Part shown: piece by piece, positions 38,941 to 48,302 of the stretch
Numbering within the stretch: the stretch's first letter is position 1
How the letters are laid out: each line of letters opens with the position of its first letter
NCBI GenBank assembly: GCA_008080735.1
Contig: SHMW01000023.1
Span: 1-50,555 of the forward strand
Source of the DNA: Promethearchaeota archaeon
GTDB lineage: Archaea; Asgardarchaeota; Lokiarchaeia; Sigyniarchaeales; SOKP01
DNA: 50,555 nucleotides
Reading direction: 5' to 3'
Program-made: the position numbers and the translations under genes
The notes under the pieces: generated by a model
The model's input: only the letters and a program-made list of their open reading frames with translations
What the model was told of the DNA's origin: nothing
Database searches by the model: none

Positions 38941-40203
38941 ATGTTGCGAGTTGGGATAATTGGTGCGGGCGTCATCTCGAAGCTGAATGCTTTGGGATAC
39001 ATTTATTCGAAAGATGCAGAAATCGTTGCCGTGGCGGACAAAGATAGGGATAACGCCATTGGAAAATTAGAACGTTGGGGGATTCGCACGGCAAAAATCT
39101 ATGAAGATTATAAAGAGATGGTGGAAAAAGAGGATTTGGATATAGTAGAAATCTTGACACCCCATCATCTTCACGCACCGATGACCGAATATTGCGCGAA
39201 AGCGGGAGTCCCCGCAATCTCCGTCCAGAAACCGATGGCTCATTCTATTACCGACTGTCAGAAAATGATTGATGCGTGTAAAGAACACGATGTAAAACTA
39301 AAGGTATTTGAGAACTTTATTTTTGCCCCCCATATACTGAAAGCAAAGGAGCTATTAGATGAGGGAATAATTGGAGAAAGGACTAATTTTAGAATTAATA
39401 CAGTGCTTACTGGCGGGCCCCATATGCCTTATAGCTTAATTGAATCATATTTGTGGAGAGTTCAAGTGGATAAATGTGGAGGTGGCCCTCTAGTGTATGA
39501 TGATGGAATCCATAAATTTTCTCTGGCCTTATGGTTGATGAACCAAGAGCGTGTGGAAAAAGTTTATGCTTGGATTGACTATTTTTCGGGAATTATGGAT
39601 GGGCCGAGCAATATCTTTTGGAAATATCCCACAGAAGAGGATAAGCTTCCTAAATATGGCTCCATGGAATTCAGTTTAGCACCGAACATGTATTTCCCAA
39701 GTAATTACTACGCATGCGAAGAATTTATTGAGATTTCCGGAACAAAAGGAATGATGTGGATCAATCAATGTACATCGGGTGGGAACTTCTTATCGAAAGC
39801 ATCAGAATATCCTCCCATTATAGTATATACTGATGGAGAAGTTAAAAATTACGGGGAGGATTTAGCCATGGATTGGCGATATTCTTTCATCAATTCCACG
39901 GAGGATTTTATTGGTGCGGTTAAAAACGACGAGGATCCTGTTTATACCGGGGAAGGGGGGATGGGTCTTTCGATATTCGCGAAAATGCCTTACATTTCGA
40001 ACCAAGAGCAAAGGGAGGTCTATTGGGACGAGATCACGCCATTTGCAGAGGCAAATAACTCGTGTTTAGTGGAGAAATTCTTTACCAAACGTAAATCTAT
40101 TTTTCAGATGCTCAAATATAATTGGCGCGTGAGAAAAGATATGAAAAAGGGAAAAAAGCAAGGTTTAAAACATACTGAGTTTAAATATACGTATCAAAAA
40201 TAA
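38941..40203 (+). CDS. Gfo/Idh/MocA family oxidoreductase
   Basis: VGIIGAGVI, ILTPHHLH, VQKP, GGGPLVYDDGIH. Confidence 0.9.
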   Translation: MLRVGIIGAGVISKLNALGYIYSKDAEIVAVADKDRDNAIGKLERWGIRTAKIYEDYKEMVEKEDLDIVEILTPHHLHAPMTEYCAKAGVPAISVQKPMAHSITDCQKMIDACKEHDVKLKVFENFIFAPHILKAKELLDEGIIGERTNFRINTVLTGGPHMPYSLIESYLWRVQVDKCGGGPLVYDDGIHKFSLALWLMNQERVEKVYAWIDYFSGIMDGPSNIFWKYPTEEDKLPKYGSMEFSLAPNMYFPSNYYACEEFIEISGTKGMMWINQCTSGGNFLSKASEYPPIIVYTDGEVKNYGEDLAMDWRYSFINSTEDFIGAVKNDEDPVYTGEGGMGLSIFAKMPYISNQEQREVYWDEITPFAEANNSCLVEKFFTKRKSIFQMLKYNWRVRKDMKKGKKQGLKHTEFKYTYQK

Positions 40204-40257
40204 AGAATATACTCCAATGCTCCAGATTAATTACAATAGTTATAAATAGATTTCAAA

Positions 40258-41364
40258 TTACATATCTTTTATTCGTACTTCATGACCTTTAGAAGCAGAT
40301 TCAACCGCAGCCAAATTATATTTTAAAATCTCGCGAGCTTGGTGACCGCTCAATATCGGTTCCGCATTCCCCCGGGCAGCGTTGATAAAATGCTTTGTCG
40401 CATTCATGAAACTGAATTTCCAATCTTTTTTGAAATTAGTAAAAGGTTCGACTTTTCCATCTCTCACCACGATAATTGGAGCAAAAGCGTCAGCATTGGA
40501 CATTGGATTGCCAATAGATGTCCCTTGATTAATCTTCATCAAGCCTCGTGTGCCCACGATCTCAATAAACTCATCAGTTGAATAATATTCAGAGGGAATT
40601 TTCATTTCTGGTAAATAAGTAAATTCCATATTTCCATATTGCGGAACTACATGGTTTTCCAATTGTTGAAATTTAAACATTACATACGCGGGCACATCTA
40701 AGCCATGAAAGGTATCGTGCCACGCGAATATCTTCTCAATTTTTTCTTGAAAGAATAATCTGGTTAATGCAAAAGCGTGCCATGCATTGTCAAATAAAAT
40801 AGGAGAGCCTCTCTCTGAGTCACCCCCGACTTTTTGAGGCTCACTTCGCCAATCATTTGATTTACCCTCCTGTTCCCATCCCCCTTTTCCTGCGATGACA
40901 GTCTTAATACGGATTGATGTTGGTTCTCCGATATAATCATTGGCAATAAGTTCGTGCGCTTTTCGGATATGATCATCAAAATAAAAATTTTCATATATCG
41001 ATAAGAGAACGCCATTTTCCTCGCAAGTTTGAATCATCTTATCTGCCTGTTCTATGCTTAAGGCGATGGGTTTCTGGACGGATATTGCTTCCACACCCGA
41101 ATTCGCAGCTGATATGCAGACCTCTGAATGGAGGAAGTTGGGAATAAGAATCTCCACTAAATCTAAATCCTCATTCTGAAACATCTCGGTGTAATCGGAA
41201 TAAAAGTTAATATCCTCTCCGAGATTGAATTTTTCCGCCTTCTTCTTTGCTTTTTCAACATTCCGGTTGCATAACGCAGTAATTTTGATATCATTCTCAT
41301 CTAGATATCCAAGAATACTAAGATCGAATATTCTTCCCGTTCCGACAAAGCCAAGGCTCATCAT
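40258..41364 (-). CDS. Gfo/Idh/MocA family oxidoreductase (paralogue)
   Basis: LGFVGTGRI, ILIPNFLH, VQKP, LFDNAWH. Confidence 0.9.
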   Translation of the reverse strand: MMSLGFVGTGRIFDLSILGYLDENDIKITALCNRNVEKAKKKAEKFNLGEDINFYSDYTEMFQNEDLDLVEILIPNFLHSEVCISAANSGVEAISVQKPIALSIEQADKMIQTCEENGVLLSIYENFYFDDHIRKAHELIANDYIGEPTSIRIKTVIAGKGGWEQEGKSNDWRSEPQKVGGDSERGSPILFDNAWHAFALTRLFFQEKIEKIFAWHDTFHGLDVPAYVMFKFQQLENHVVPQYGNMEFTYLPEMKIPSEYYSTDEFIEIVGTRGLMKINQGTSIGNPMSNADAFAPIIVVRDGKVEPFTNFKKDWKFSFMNATKHFINAARGNAEPILSGHQAREILKYNLAAVESASKGHEVRIKDM

Positions 41365-41454
41365 TTCAAATAATAAAAGAATCGATTCTATTTATATTAG
41401 AGGATAACCTCAAGGATTGCTTATTGGTTATGCTATTGAATATTGTGAATAATG

Positions 41455-41646
41455 TTATGTTTCACTAAGAAAGGTTTCCATTTCTTTAATATAGTCATTC
41501 TTTGCTTCATAATTTATCATGTGTCCTATTTTCGGAGAAAATACAACTAATTTTGATATAGGAATTTTCTGATGCATTTTTTCAGATTCACTGGGGAGAA
41601 TGAATACGTCCTTATCTCCAGTGAGAATTAATATTGGGATTTCCAT
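41455..41646 (-). pseudogene. C-terminal remnant of an alpha/beta hydrolase
   Basis: IPILILTGDKDVFI...SKLVVF...GHMINYE; nucleophile half missing, in-frame stop just upstream. Confidence 0.75.
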
Positions 41647-41660
41647 TATAACTATTTACA

Positions 41661-41984
41661 ATGGAATTCATCGTCTTAATTTTTCTTTGGTACTTTCGGT
41701 TGAAACATAGATTAATAAAATTTTACAACTCCTTCGATTTTTTTCAAGATGATCTGGAAATAGAAATCATTAAAATGAGTGAAGATGAAATCATATTTAG
41801 ATTAGAAAATTCCAAATTTTTAGAACCATCGGGAAAATATCTCTACTTCTACTCTATCGCATGTGGCATAATAGAGGGAATTTATTTACAAAATTTAAAC
41901 TTAAAAGTGGATTGTTCTATTGAGAATGTTTCCAGTTCGGAGGGCAAAAATAGATACATAGATATTTCCCTAAAGGCATTATGA
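41661..41984 (+). pseudogene. Probable C-terminal remnant of a V4R/NO-binding-fold-like protein
   Basis: EIIFRLENSKFL...YSIACGIIEGIY...VDC; the first ~20 codons look unrelated. Confidence 0.45.
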
Positions 41985-42036
41985 ATTTTCTCTTTTACAG
42001 CAACTTTAAAAAAAATTTGGTATTCCATCTTTGATT

Positions 42037-42936
42037 TTAATTAAAATCTAAAGCTTCGAAAGTCCATACACTTAAAAACTTATCACGTAATTCATCAGCA
42101 AGTTTTGGATCTACAACATTCATGCATGTAAATATCTGATAGGGTTTTAAAGGATTTTTCAATTTGAAGAGTATACGTTTTTTATCAATAATATCAAAAT
42201 TGAATGACATAAAATGATAAGTATATTTCATATTGAAATTAGGTAATTCCACTGAAAGACCATAAAGGTGATCTTGAAGAGATCTTAGTTCTTGAAAGAC
42301 CGATTTGCACTTCGCTTTTTGTTCTTCGTTTAAAGGACGTTTATCATATTCAAAACTCCATAGATCTCTAACCTTCACACCTCGATCTACGGCTTCTTTC
42401 AAGGGAGTGTAAATTAATGACGCATGAGGGATTATTTTTAAGGTACTTTTATTGATAAATTCATTGAAGATAATCTCTTCCTTTGCTTCGTTTATGTATT
42501 TTGCATACAATGTTAAGATTGATTTCGTTCCAAATTTAGTTGACCAGAATATCTTGGATGGTTCCTTCCTTATTTGAATTTCTGATTTATAAAGATCATG
42601 CTCTATTTTTTTTGCCCTTTCATATAAAAAGCTCATTTTGCGTTTATTTTCTTTCTTATGAAAATTTATCAAATTCTCAAGAGCTTTGTTGAGATTAATA
42701 GCTGTAAATTTCTTTGGACGTGCTTCAATAATATCAATAAAGCCTTTTAGATTCAATTCTTCTAATACTTCATAAATTCTTCCACTTGGAACTCCAGAGT
42801 CCTGGGAAATCTCACGAGCTGTAGGAGGATTCGATTTTGAGGCAGTTAGAAGTGAAATGTAGACATTGATCTCATAATTCGAAAGGTTTGCTTCATTGAG
42901 AAATGTTTTCAAATCTTCAAGTAAATCATAGGACAT
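42037..42936 (-). CDS. TrmB family transcriptional regulator
   Basis: LSNYEINVYISLL, TAREISQDSGVPSGRIYEVLEEL..KGF, RPKKF, RGVKVR, FDIIDKK. Confidence 0.92.
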   Translation of the reverse strand: MSYDLLEDLKTFLNEANLSNYEINVYISLLTASKSNPPTAREISQDSGVPSGRIYEVLEELNLKGFIDIIEARPKKFTAINLNKALENLINFHKKENKRKMSFLYERAKKIEHDLYKSEIQIRKEPSKIFWSTKFGTKSILTLYAKYINEAKEEIIFNEFINKSTLKIIPHASLIYTPLKEAVDRGVKVRDLWSFEYDKRPLNEEQKAKCKSVFQELRSLQDHLYGLSVELPNFNMKYTYHFMSFNFDIIDKKRILFKLKNPLKPYQIFTCMNVVDPKLADELRDKFLSVWTFEALDFN

Positions 42937-43048
42937 TATTAATAGAATATATTAGCCCACCTTAAAAATGGTAGCATTAAACTCATTTCAACTTGTAATC
43001 GATCGATTACGATTTAAAAGTTACTTTAATATTTTTATAATAAAAAAT

Positions 43049-44149
43049 ATGGATGTGATAAATATTTCTGAAATTTATGAGGAATTAAGAACTCATCTGG
43101 ATAATTTACCCTCTGGCTATCCTAAAACAGATTCTAAAGTTGAAATTGAGATTTTAAAAGAATTATTTACTCCAGAAGAAGCTTATATTGCTACAAAGCT
43201 TTCGTTTTTTCCTCAAAAAATAAAACAATTGTTTCGTAAATTAGATAAAAATACACTTGTTCTTAATGATTTGGAGAGAATCTTGGATCGGATGGCTGAA
43301 AAAGGATTAATTATGATAAGTGAAAATAATGGAGAAAGGATGTATTCGAACCTTATGTTTCTCGTAGGATTCTATGAATATCAACTTGGTCGATTAAATC
43401 CAACCTTGGTGTCCAATATTTTTCAATATTTCGAAGAGGCCTTTTTTGAAAGAGAATATAATTTAACAGGCATTCCACAATTAAGAACTATTCCAGTAGA
43501 TAAGTCAATCTCCCCAAATTTATCTGTAGCAACCTATGATCGGTTAAGAAATTTTATTGAAAATGCCTCCACAATTGGAATAATGGACTGTATATGTAGG
43601 ATTGCTCATGATACAATTAATGACCCTTGCAAAAAGACGGATTTAAGAGAAACCTGTATGACTTTCGGAACTGCTGCAAAAACATATAAAGAAAAGGGAC
43701 TCGCGAGACTTATCTCTAAAAGTGAAGCCTACGAACTAGCTGATAAATTCGAAGAAGAAGGATTAATAGTTTCACCTTCAAATTCACAAAAGCCTTTCGT
43801 TGTATGCAATTGTTGTGGATGTTGTTGCGAGATAATATCGAATCAGAAAAAATTTGAGAAACCCTCCCAATATTTTGCTACAAATTTTTATGCGTTAGTG
43901 GATGAGGAGGTATGCTTGGGATGCGGTATCTGTGTTGATTCATGTAATATTGGAGCAATTCAATTAGATAATAATGTAAGTAAAATCAATCTTGGGAAAT
44001 GTATTGGCTGTGGAATTTGTGTAACAAGATGTCCAGAAAATGCTATTACACTAAATAAAAAAGATAATGAATTGATTCCACCAAAAAATACTTTAGAAAC
44101 ATATATGAACATGATGAATGAAAAGAAAAAGATTAAATATGAATTATAA
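43049..44149 (+). CDS. Multi-cluster Fe-S protein with C-terminal 2x[4Fe-4S] ferredoxin domain
   Basis: CICR, CNCCGCCC, CLGCGICVDSC, CIGCGICVTRCP; start reassigned to ATG 43049 downstream of TTTATAA. Confidence 0.88.
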   Translation: MDVINISEIYEELRTHLDNLPSGYPKTDSKVEIEILKELFTPEEAYIATKLSFFPQKIKQLFRKLDKNTLVLNDLERILDRMAEKGLIMISENNGERMYSNLMFLVGFYEYQLGRLNPTLVSNIFQYFEEAFFEREYNLTGIPQLRTIPVDKSISPNLSVATYDRLRNFIENASTIGIMDCICRIAHDTINDPCKKTDLRETCMTFGTAAKTYKEKGLARLISKSEAYELADKFEEEGLIVSPSNSQKPFVVCNCCGCCCEIISNQKKFEKPSQYFATNFYALVDEEVCLGCGICVDSCNIGAIQLDNNVSKINLGKCIGCGICVTRCPENAITLNKKDNELIPPKNTLETYMNMMNEKKKIKYEL

Positions 44150-44168
44150 AAAGGAGGAATAAGAAAAT

Positions 44169-44609
44169 ATGGAAATTAATGAGGGATTAAAACAAAATTT
44201 GATGGAGAGAATGGAGTATTCTACAGAAGAATTAGATATATTCTTAAATAATCCACGTAATAAGAAAGTTCTTGCAAAATCTCTTAACTTATTAGGAAAA
44301 ACGATTATTTTCGAAGTAGTGGAATCTCACGGATGCAATAGTTTACACAAAGTTGGAGATAAGTTTTATTTTGATGGCGCTGGAAATCTTTTAACAAAAT
44401 TATCCCCTAAGAAAATATGTATATACGCTTTAGCGGAGCTTGATAAGCTAATCTTTGCAGCAAATGAATTATTGTATGCTGGGGTTAATCCAAATGACAT
44501 TGTTTTCGATAGAGCCAGTTGTTTTGACGTAGGCTTAAAATGTGGTGGATGGGGTCAAATAATTATGAAAATATCTGTTGTTGATCGGGAGAAAATAAAG
44601 AATGTCTGA
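44169..44609 (+). CDS. Cys-rich small protein, TIGR04076-like
   Basis: EVVESHGCNSLHKVGDKF, ICIYA, SCFDVG..CGGWG; AGGAGG upstream. Confidence 0.65.
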   Translation: MEINEGLKQNLMERMEYSTEELDIFLNNPRNKKVLAKSLNLLGKTIIFEVVESHGCNSLHKVGDKFYFDGAGNLLTKLSPKKICIYALAELDKLIFAANELLYAGVNPNDIVFDRASCFDVGLKCGGWGQIIMKISVVDREKIKNV

Positions 44610-45129
44610 TATAGAGAGATTTTTTAAAATTAAGAACAAAAATACTGAAGAGTTAAAAGAGATTCTGATAAAAAATTGGATGAGTCATGATGGATTTTGG
44701 TTTTTTCATTGCTTACAACTTTGCGGAATAGAAAAAACTAATATAATCAATAGAGCTGCTGTCAGATCGATGAGTTTGCTTGAAATTGAGCGACTAAAAA
44801 AAATGTTTGAAATAGAGATTATAAGTACTTTTGATGACTTAAAAAATGTCATACATCTAATCTTTCAGGTGGTAAAAGCAAATTTCATGGATTTTGAATA
44901 TTTTTTTCCAAAAGATAATGTAATAATATTCAGAATGAATAACTGTTTTGCTCATGATGGTGTTAAAAGGATAGGAGCATTAGAAGAATACAAATGTGGA
45001 ATATTTTTGAGAATTGACTGCTGGTTAGAAGGATTAGATTTGGAATATGAAACGAATCCCGAGGATTTTGGGTGCTTATTAAGAGATTATGGAAAATGCG
45101 AAAGAAAATATTTATTCAAATTTAAATAA
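44602..45129 (+). CDS. DUF6125-like protein
   Basis: NWMSHDGFWF, NCFAH, YKCGI, GC...CER; overlaps the previous gene. Confidence 0.65.
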   Translation: MSDIERFFKIKNKNTEELKEILIKNWMSHDGFWFFHCLQLCGIEKTNIINRAAVRSMSLLEIERLKKMFEIEIISTFDDLKNVIHLIFQVVKANFMDFEYFFPKDNVIIFRMNNCFAHDGVKRIGALEEYKCGIFLRIDCWLEGLDLEYETNPEDFGCLLRDYGKCERKYLFKFK

Positions 45130-45203
45130 CTTTTATTTTTCTTAAAACTCAAGAATAAAAACAAGAGAAAGTTCTATAGAGATAATTATAGCTCCGAAAA
45201 AGA

Positions 45204-45775
45204 TTTTTATTAGGTTTTAGCGGATTGTTAATTGAGGTTACGAATTATGATTTCTCTGATGAATCTTTTTTAATTCGCTCAGCTGTTTTTTTAGGAATTA
45301 CTTTCAGTTTAATTTTGATATTTGAGATAACCCAGAAAAAATCACTTCAGTTCCGCGGTCTCTCATTAGCAATAATCGCGGGTTTATGGGCTATGATTCA
45401 GAATTTTCTAATGGCATTTTTTACTGCAGCTATTTCAAAAGTAACTAGCGGAAGTGTAGAATTAATCTGGATCTTTATGATGATTATCGGAGGAGTATTA
45501 GCGTTTTTGTCTTTAGCAATTAGTATTGCTAGAATGCAAGTTGGGTTTAGGTATAACGATGCTCATTTAGCCATTCCAGTAAGAGAAATTCCAACTCAAT
45601 TTGATCCGGCATTTCTGTATGTCATTGTTTTTGCGCTGACCCCACCAGTCCTTATTCCATACCATTTCTATATATTTCAATAGTTTTAATCATTATTAGC
45701 ACATTCGTTTTAGCAAAACGGCAAGCTCAACTTGAAGAAATTGATCTCATTGAGGAAATTGATGAGTTAATCTAA
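45204..45775 (+). pseudogene. 5'-truncated, frameshifted membrane transporter (DMT-like) remnant
   Basis: TM-rich frame from about 45204; shifting frame near 45645 continues SPYSIPFLYISIVLIIISTFVLAKRQAQLEEIDLIEEIDELI* to 45775. Confidence 0.7.
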
Positions 45776-45826
45776 AAATGGATATTTGAAATTTAACTAA
45801 AAATTTCTTTCTTCTAACTATTTAGA

Positions 45827-46339
45827 TTATTCGAATAGCTCCTTGCTTAATTTTAGTACTCGAGAATAGAATTCTATCAATTTTTCTACTTGTGAGGTTA
45901 AATAATTCAAATGTTCAGAGATCTCTTTATTTTTATCTTGTTGATTTTTTGGAATCTCATTTTGTATTCTGACTAAATTATTTTTTAATTCTTCACTTTC
46001 TTTTATTAGATATTTGAATCTTTTAGAAGCAATTTGATTAATCGATTTGGACATATAATATTTTCTTTCTCTTCTATCATTTTCATTGATTTTTTCAACA
46101 AAATCGCAATATTGTAAATCAACGAGCTTATTCAATAATCTAGATGCTGTACTCACAGACCTATCAATCATCTCTGCTATTTCTTGCTGGTCTAAACCCT
46201 CTTCCGGATTATTTGCCTTATAGGATAATATAGCAAATATTTGACCGAGAGTTTGTGTAAATCCTCTCTTTTCATACAACTTTCCGAATAATTGAATATA
46301 ATGCTTTTCAGGTTGACTAAAATAATTGGTTTTAGGCAT
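45827..46339 (-). CDS. GbsR/MarR-type wHTH regulator
   Basis: FGKLYEKRGF..TLGQIFAIL, LDQQEIAEMIDRSVSTASRLL, RRERKYY; start reassigned to ATG 46339 (MPKTNYF). Confidence 0.82.
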   Translation of the reverse strand: MPKTNYFSQPEKHYIQLFGKLYEKRGFTQTLGQIFAILSYKANNPEEGLDQQEIAEMIDRSVSTASRLLNKLVDLQYCDFVEKINENDRRERKYYMSKSINQIASKRFKYLIKESEELKNNLVRIQNEIPKNQQDKNKEISEHLNYLTSQVEKLIEFYSRVLKLSKELFE

Positions 46340-46394
46340 TGAAATTATACTCAAAATTTTTATAATAAAATAAATGAAAAAGTTTATAAAAATG

Positions 46395-46422
46395 TGATGA
46401 TTGCACAATTGTGCAACCATCA
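46395..46422. promoter_or_regulatory. Operator palindrome between divergent regulator and condensation-domain gene
   Basis: TGATGA-TTGCACAATTGTGCAA-CCATCA: perfect 16-bp core, 28 bp with one mismatch, directly after TTTATAAA (46383-46390). Confidence 0.75.
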
Positions 46423-46437
46423 AAATGAGATTATAAT

Positions 46438-47814
46438 ATGAAAAAGAAAAAAGTTGGAAATTCAGAATTGAGAAATTTTAATAGCTATGAAAGAAATTTG
46501 TCTGCCTTTGAAAGAATGCACTTAAAGCAACCTAATGCTAATGTTGTCATGGTGGCTCAGATTAAGGGAATAATTCGAGCAGAACATCTTAAGATCATAA
46601 TAAATGACTTGATAATAAAGCATCCACTAATTAAAGTGAAAATAAAATTTGATAACCGAGGTAATGCGAAATTTGTCACCTCAAGAGTAGAATCGCCGTC
46701 CATTGATGAGTTTCCAAGAAAAGATGATAATTTCTGGAAAACTATTGTTAAAGAAGAAATTAGTGAAAAATTTAATATAGAAAGTGGTCCATTAATACGA
46801 TTCAAATTACTAGTCGGAAAAGAATTAATAGATCTAATAATCACATCACATCATTCCATTTGTGATGGTTTATCAATTGTGTTCTTAATTAGAGATATCT
46901 TGGAATTGATAAGTGCACCTCAAGAATCTGTTGAAAATCGTTTAAATCCACCCGAATTAAATGAGAACTCAATTCCTGTATCTGTTTCAGGTGGAATTTT
47001 GAAGAGTTTTATAATGAAACTTATCAATAAGAAATGGGAAAAAGAAAAGAGCCGGTTTGAAAGAGTAGATTTTGATAAACTTCATGAGCAATTTTGGGTT
47101 GATCATAATAATAATGTTCATGTGTTCAAGTTAGATTCAAATGTTTATTCTAAGCTTATTCATAAATCCCAAAAGAAACACGTTTCGGTTTCGAGTATAC
47201 TTATTGCACTAATTCTAAAAGCTCATAATTCTATTGCACTAGAACTAAAAGGAAATCATGAATCTATCATTTCGGTGGATTTTCGAGATTATTTAAAACC
47301 TCCTGCTAAAGAAACATTTGGTAAATTTGCATCTGCGATACGACCAAAATTAGAATATGATACATCAATTAGTTTTTGGGAAAATGCACAAAAAATAAAT
47401 GAGAAAATCCATAATTTATTGAAATTAGAAAATATATTTCAATCCTTTCAATTGAATGATTTCGATCCAAATCTGATTGATGCCTTCTGGTACACCAAAT
47501 TTGGGGAAATTTCTAATAAATTCGTGGAAAAATTTCTAAAAAAAATGCATCTGGATGAAGTATATCACAGTTTTATTTTAACGAATCTAGGAAAAATACA
47601 AATCGAAAAACATTATGGCAACTATATATTAAATTCTATTCATGGACCATATATTTACAGTGATACAATTGAGAAATATTTTGGTGTTATAACTTTGAAT
47701 GAGGAGATGTTTATCAGTATTAGCTATGGAGAAAATACCATATCGACATCTAAAATCATCAAATTAAAAAACCGATTTCTTGACCATTTAGAGGAGATGC
47801 TCTATAGTGAATGA
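46438..47814 (+). CDS. Stand-alone condensation-domain/acyltransferase (CAT-like fold; PapA5/alcohol acetyltransferase-like)
   Basis: R.LSAFE, KHPLI, GPLIRFKLL, HHSICDGLS (HHxxxDG), SVDFR, LTNLG. Confidence 0.85.
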   Translation: MKKKKVGNSELRNFNSYERNLSAFERMHLKQPNANVVMVAQIKGIIRAEHLKIIINDLIIKHPLIKVKIKFDNRGNAKFVTSRVESPSIDEFPRKDDNFWKTIVKEEISEKFNIESGPLIRFKLLVGKELIDLIITSHHSICDGLSIVFLIRDILELISAPQESVENRLNPPELNENSIPVSVSGGILKSFIMKLINKKWEKEKSRFERVDFDKLHEQFWVDHNNNVHVFKLDSNVYSKLIHKSQKKHVSVSSILIALILKAHNSIALELKGNHESIISVDFRDYLKPPAKETFGKFASAIRPKLEYDTSISFWENAQKINEKIHNLLKLENIFQSFQLNDFDPNLIDAFWYTKFGEISNKFVEKFLKKMHLDEVYHSFILTNLGKIQIEKHYGNYILNSIHGPYIYSDTIEKYFGVITLNEEMFISISYGENTISTSKIIKLKNRFLDHLEEMLYSE

Positions 47815-47957
47815 AAATAAACAAGAACTATTGTATCTTAAAGTTCTCATTAGTAAATTTCAATTTCAACTTGATATAAGTTGAATAAGATCGGTGACAA
47901 TTAAAAAGAATAATAGTTTTTATCAAAAAGTAACAAAAACGAGATGAATTAGGAAAA

Positions 47958-48278
47958 ATGGATTTAAATGAAAAGATAATAGAAAAATCAAAATTAAATG
48001 ATATAGAATTAGAGGAATTCTATAAAAGGAGTGAGAAGATTCAAGGTCATTCTCTTGCTTTTCGAACTATGATGAGCTCAACCAGGAGAAAGATCTTACA
48101 ATATATTGGAGAGGAGATAAAAAGTACTGAGGAAATATGTGAAAACTTTAACATGGACGAGACACAAATTAAATATCATCTCTCCATGCTGGAACAAGCT
48201 TTATATATCATTGAATCTCCCCTCGGTTGGAAAGCGACTCCAAGTGGGATTGGGTTCATTTTAAATACAAAGTTATAA
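47958..48278 (+). CDS. ArsR-like wHTH protein
   Basis: TRRKILQYI...EEICENF.M...QIKYHLSMLEQ. Confidence 0.78.
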   Translation: MDLNEKIIEKSKLNDIELEEFYKRSEKIQGHSLAFRTMMSSTRRKILQYIGEEIKSTEEICENFNMDETQIKYHLSMLEQALYIIESPLGWKATPSGIGFILNTKL

Positions 48279-48302
48279 TTTCCGAGAGGTTGATAAAAGA
48301 AA

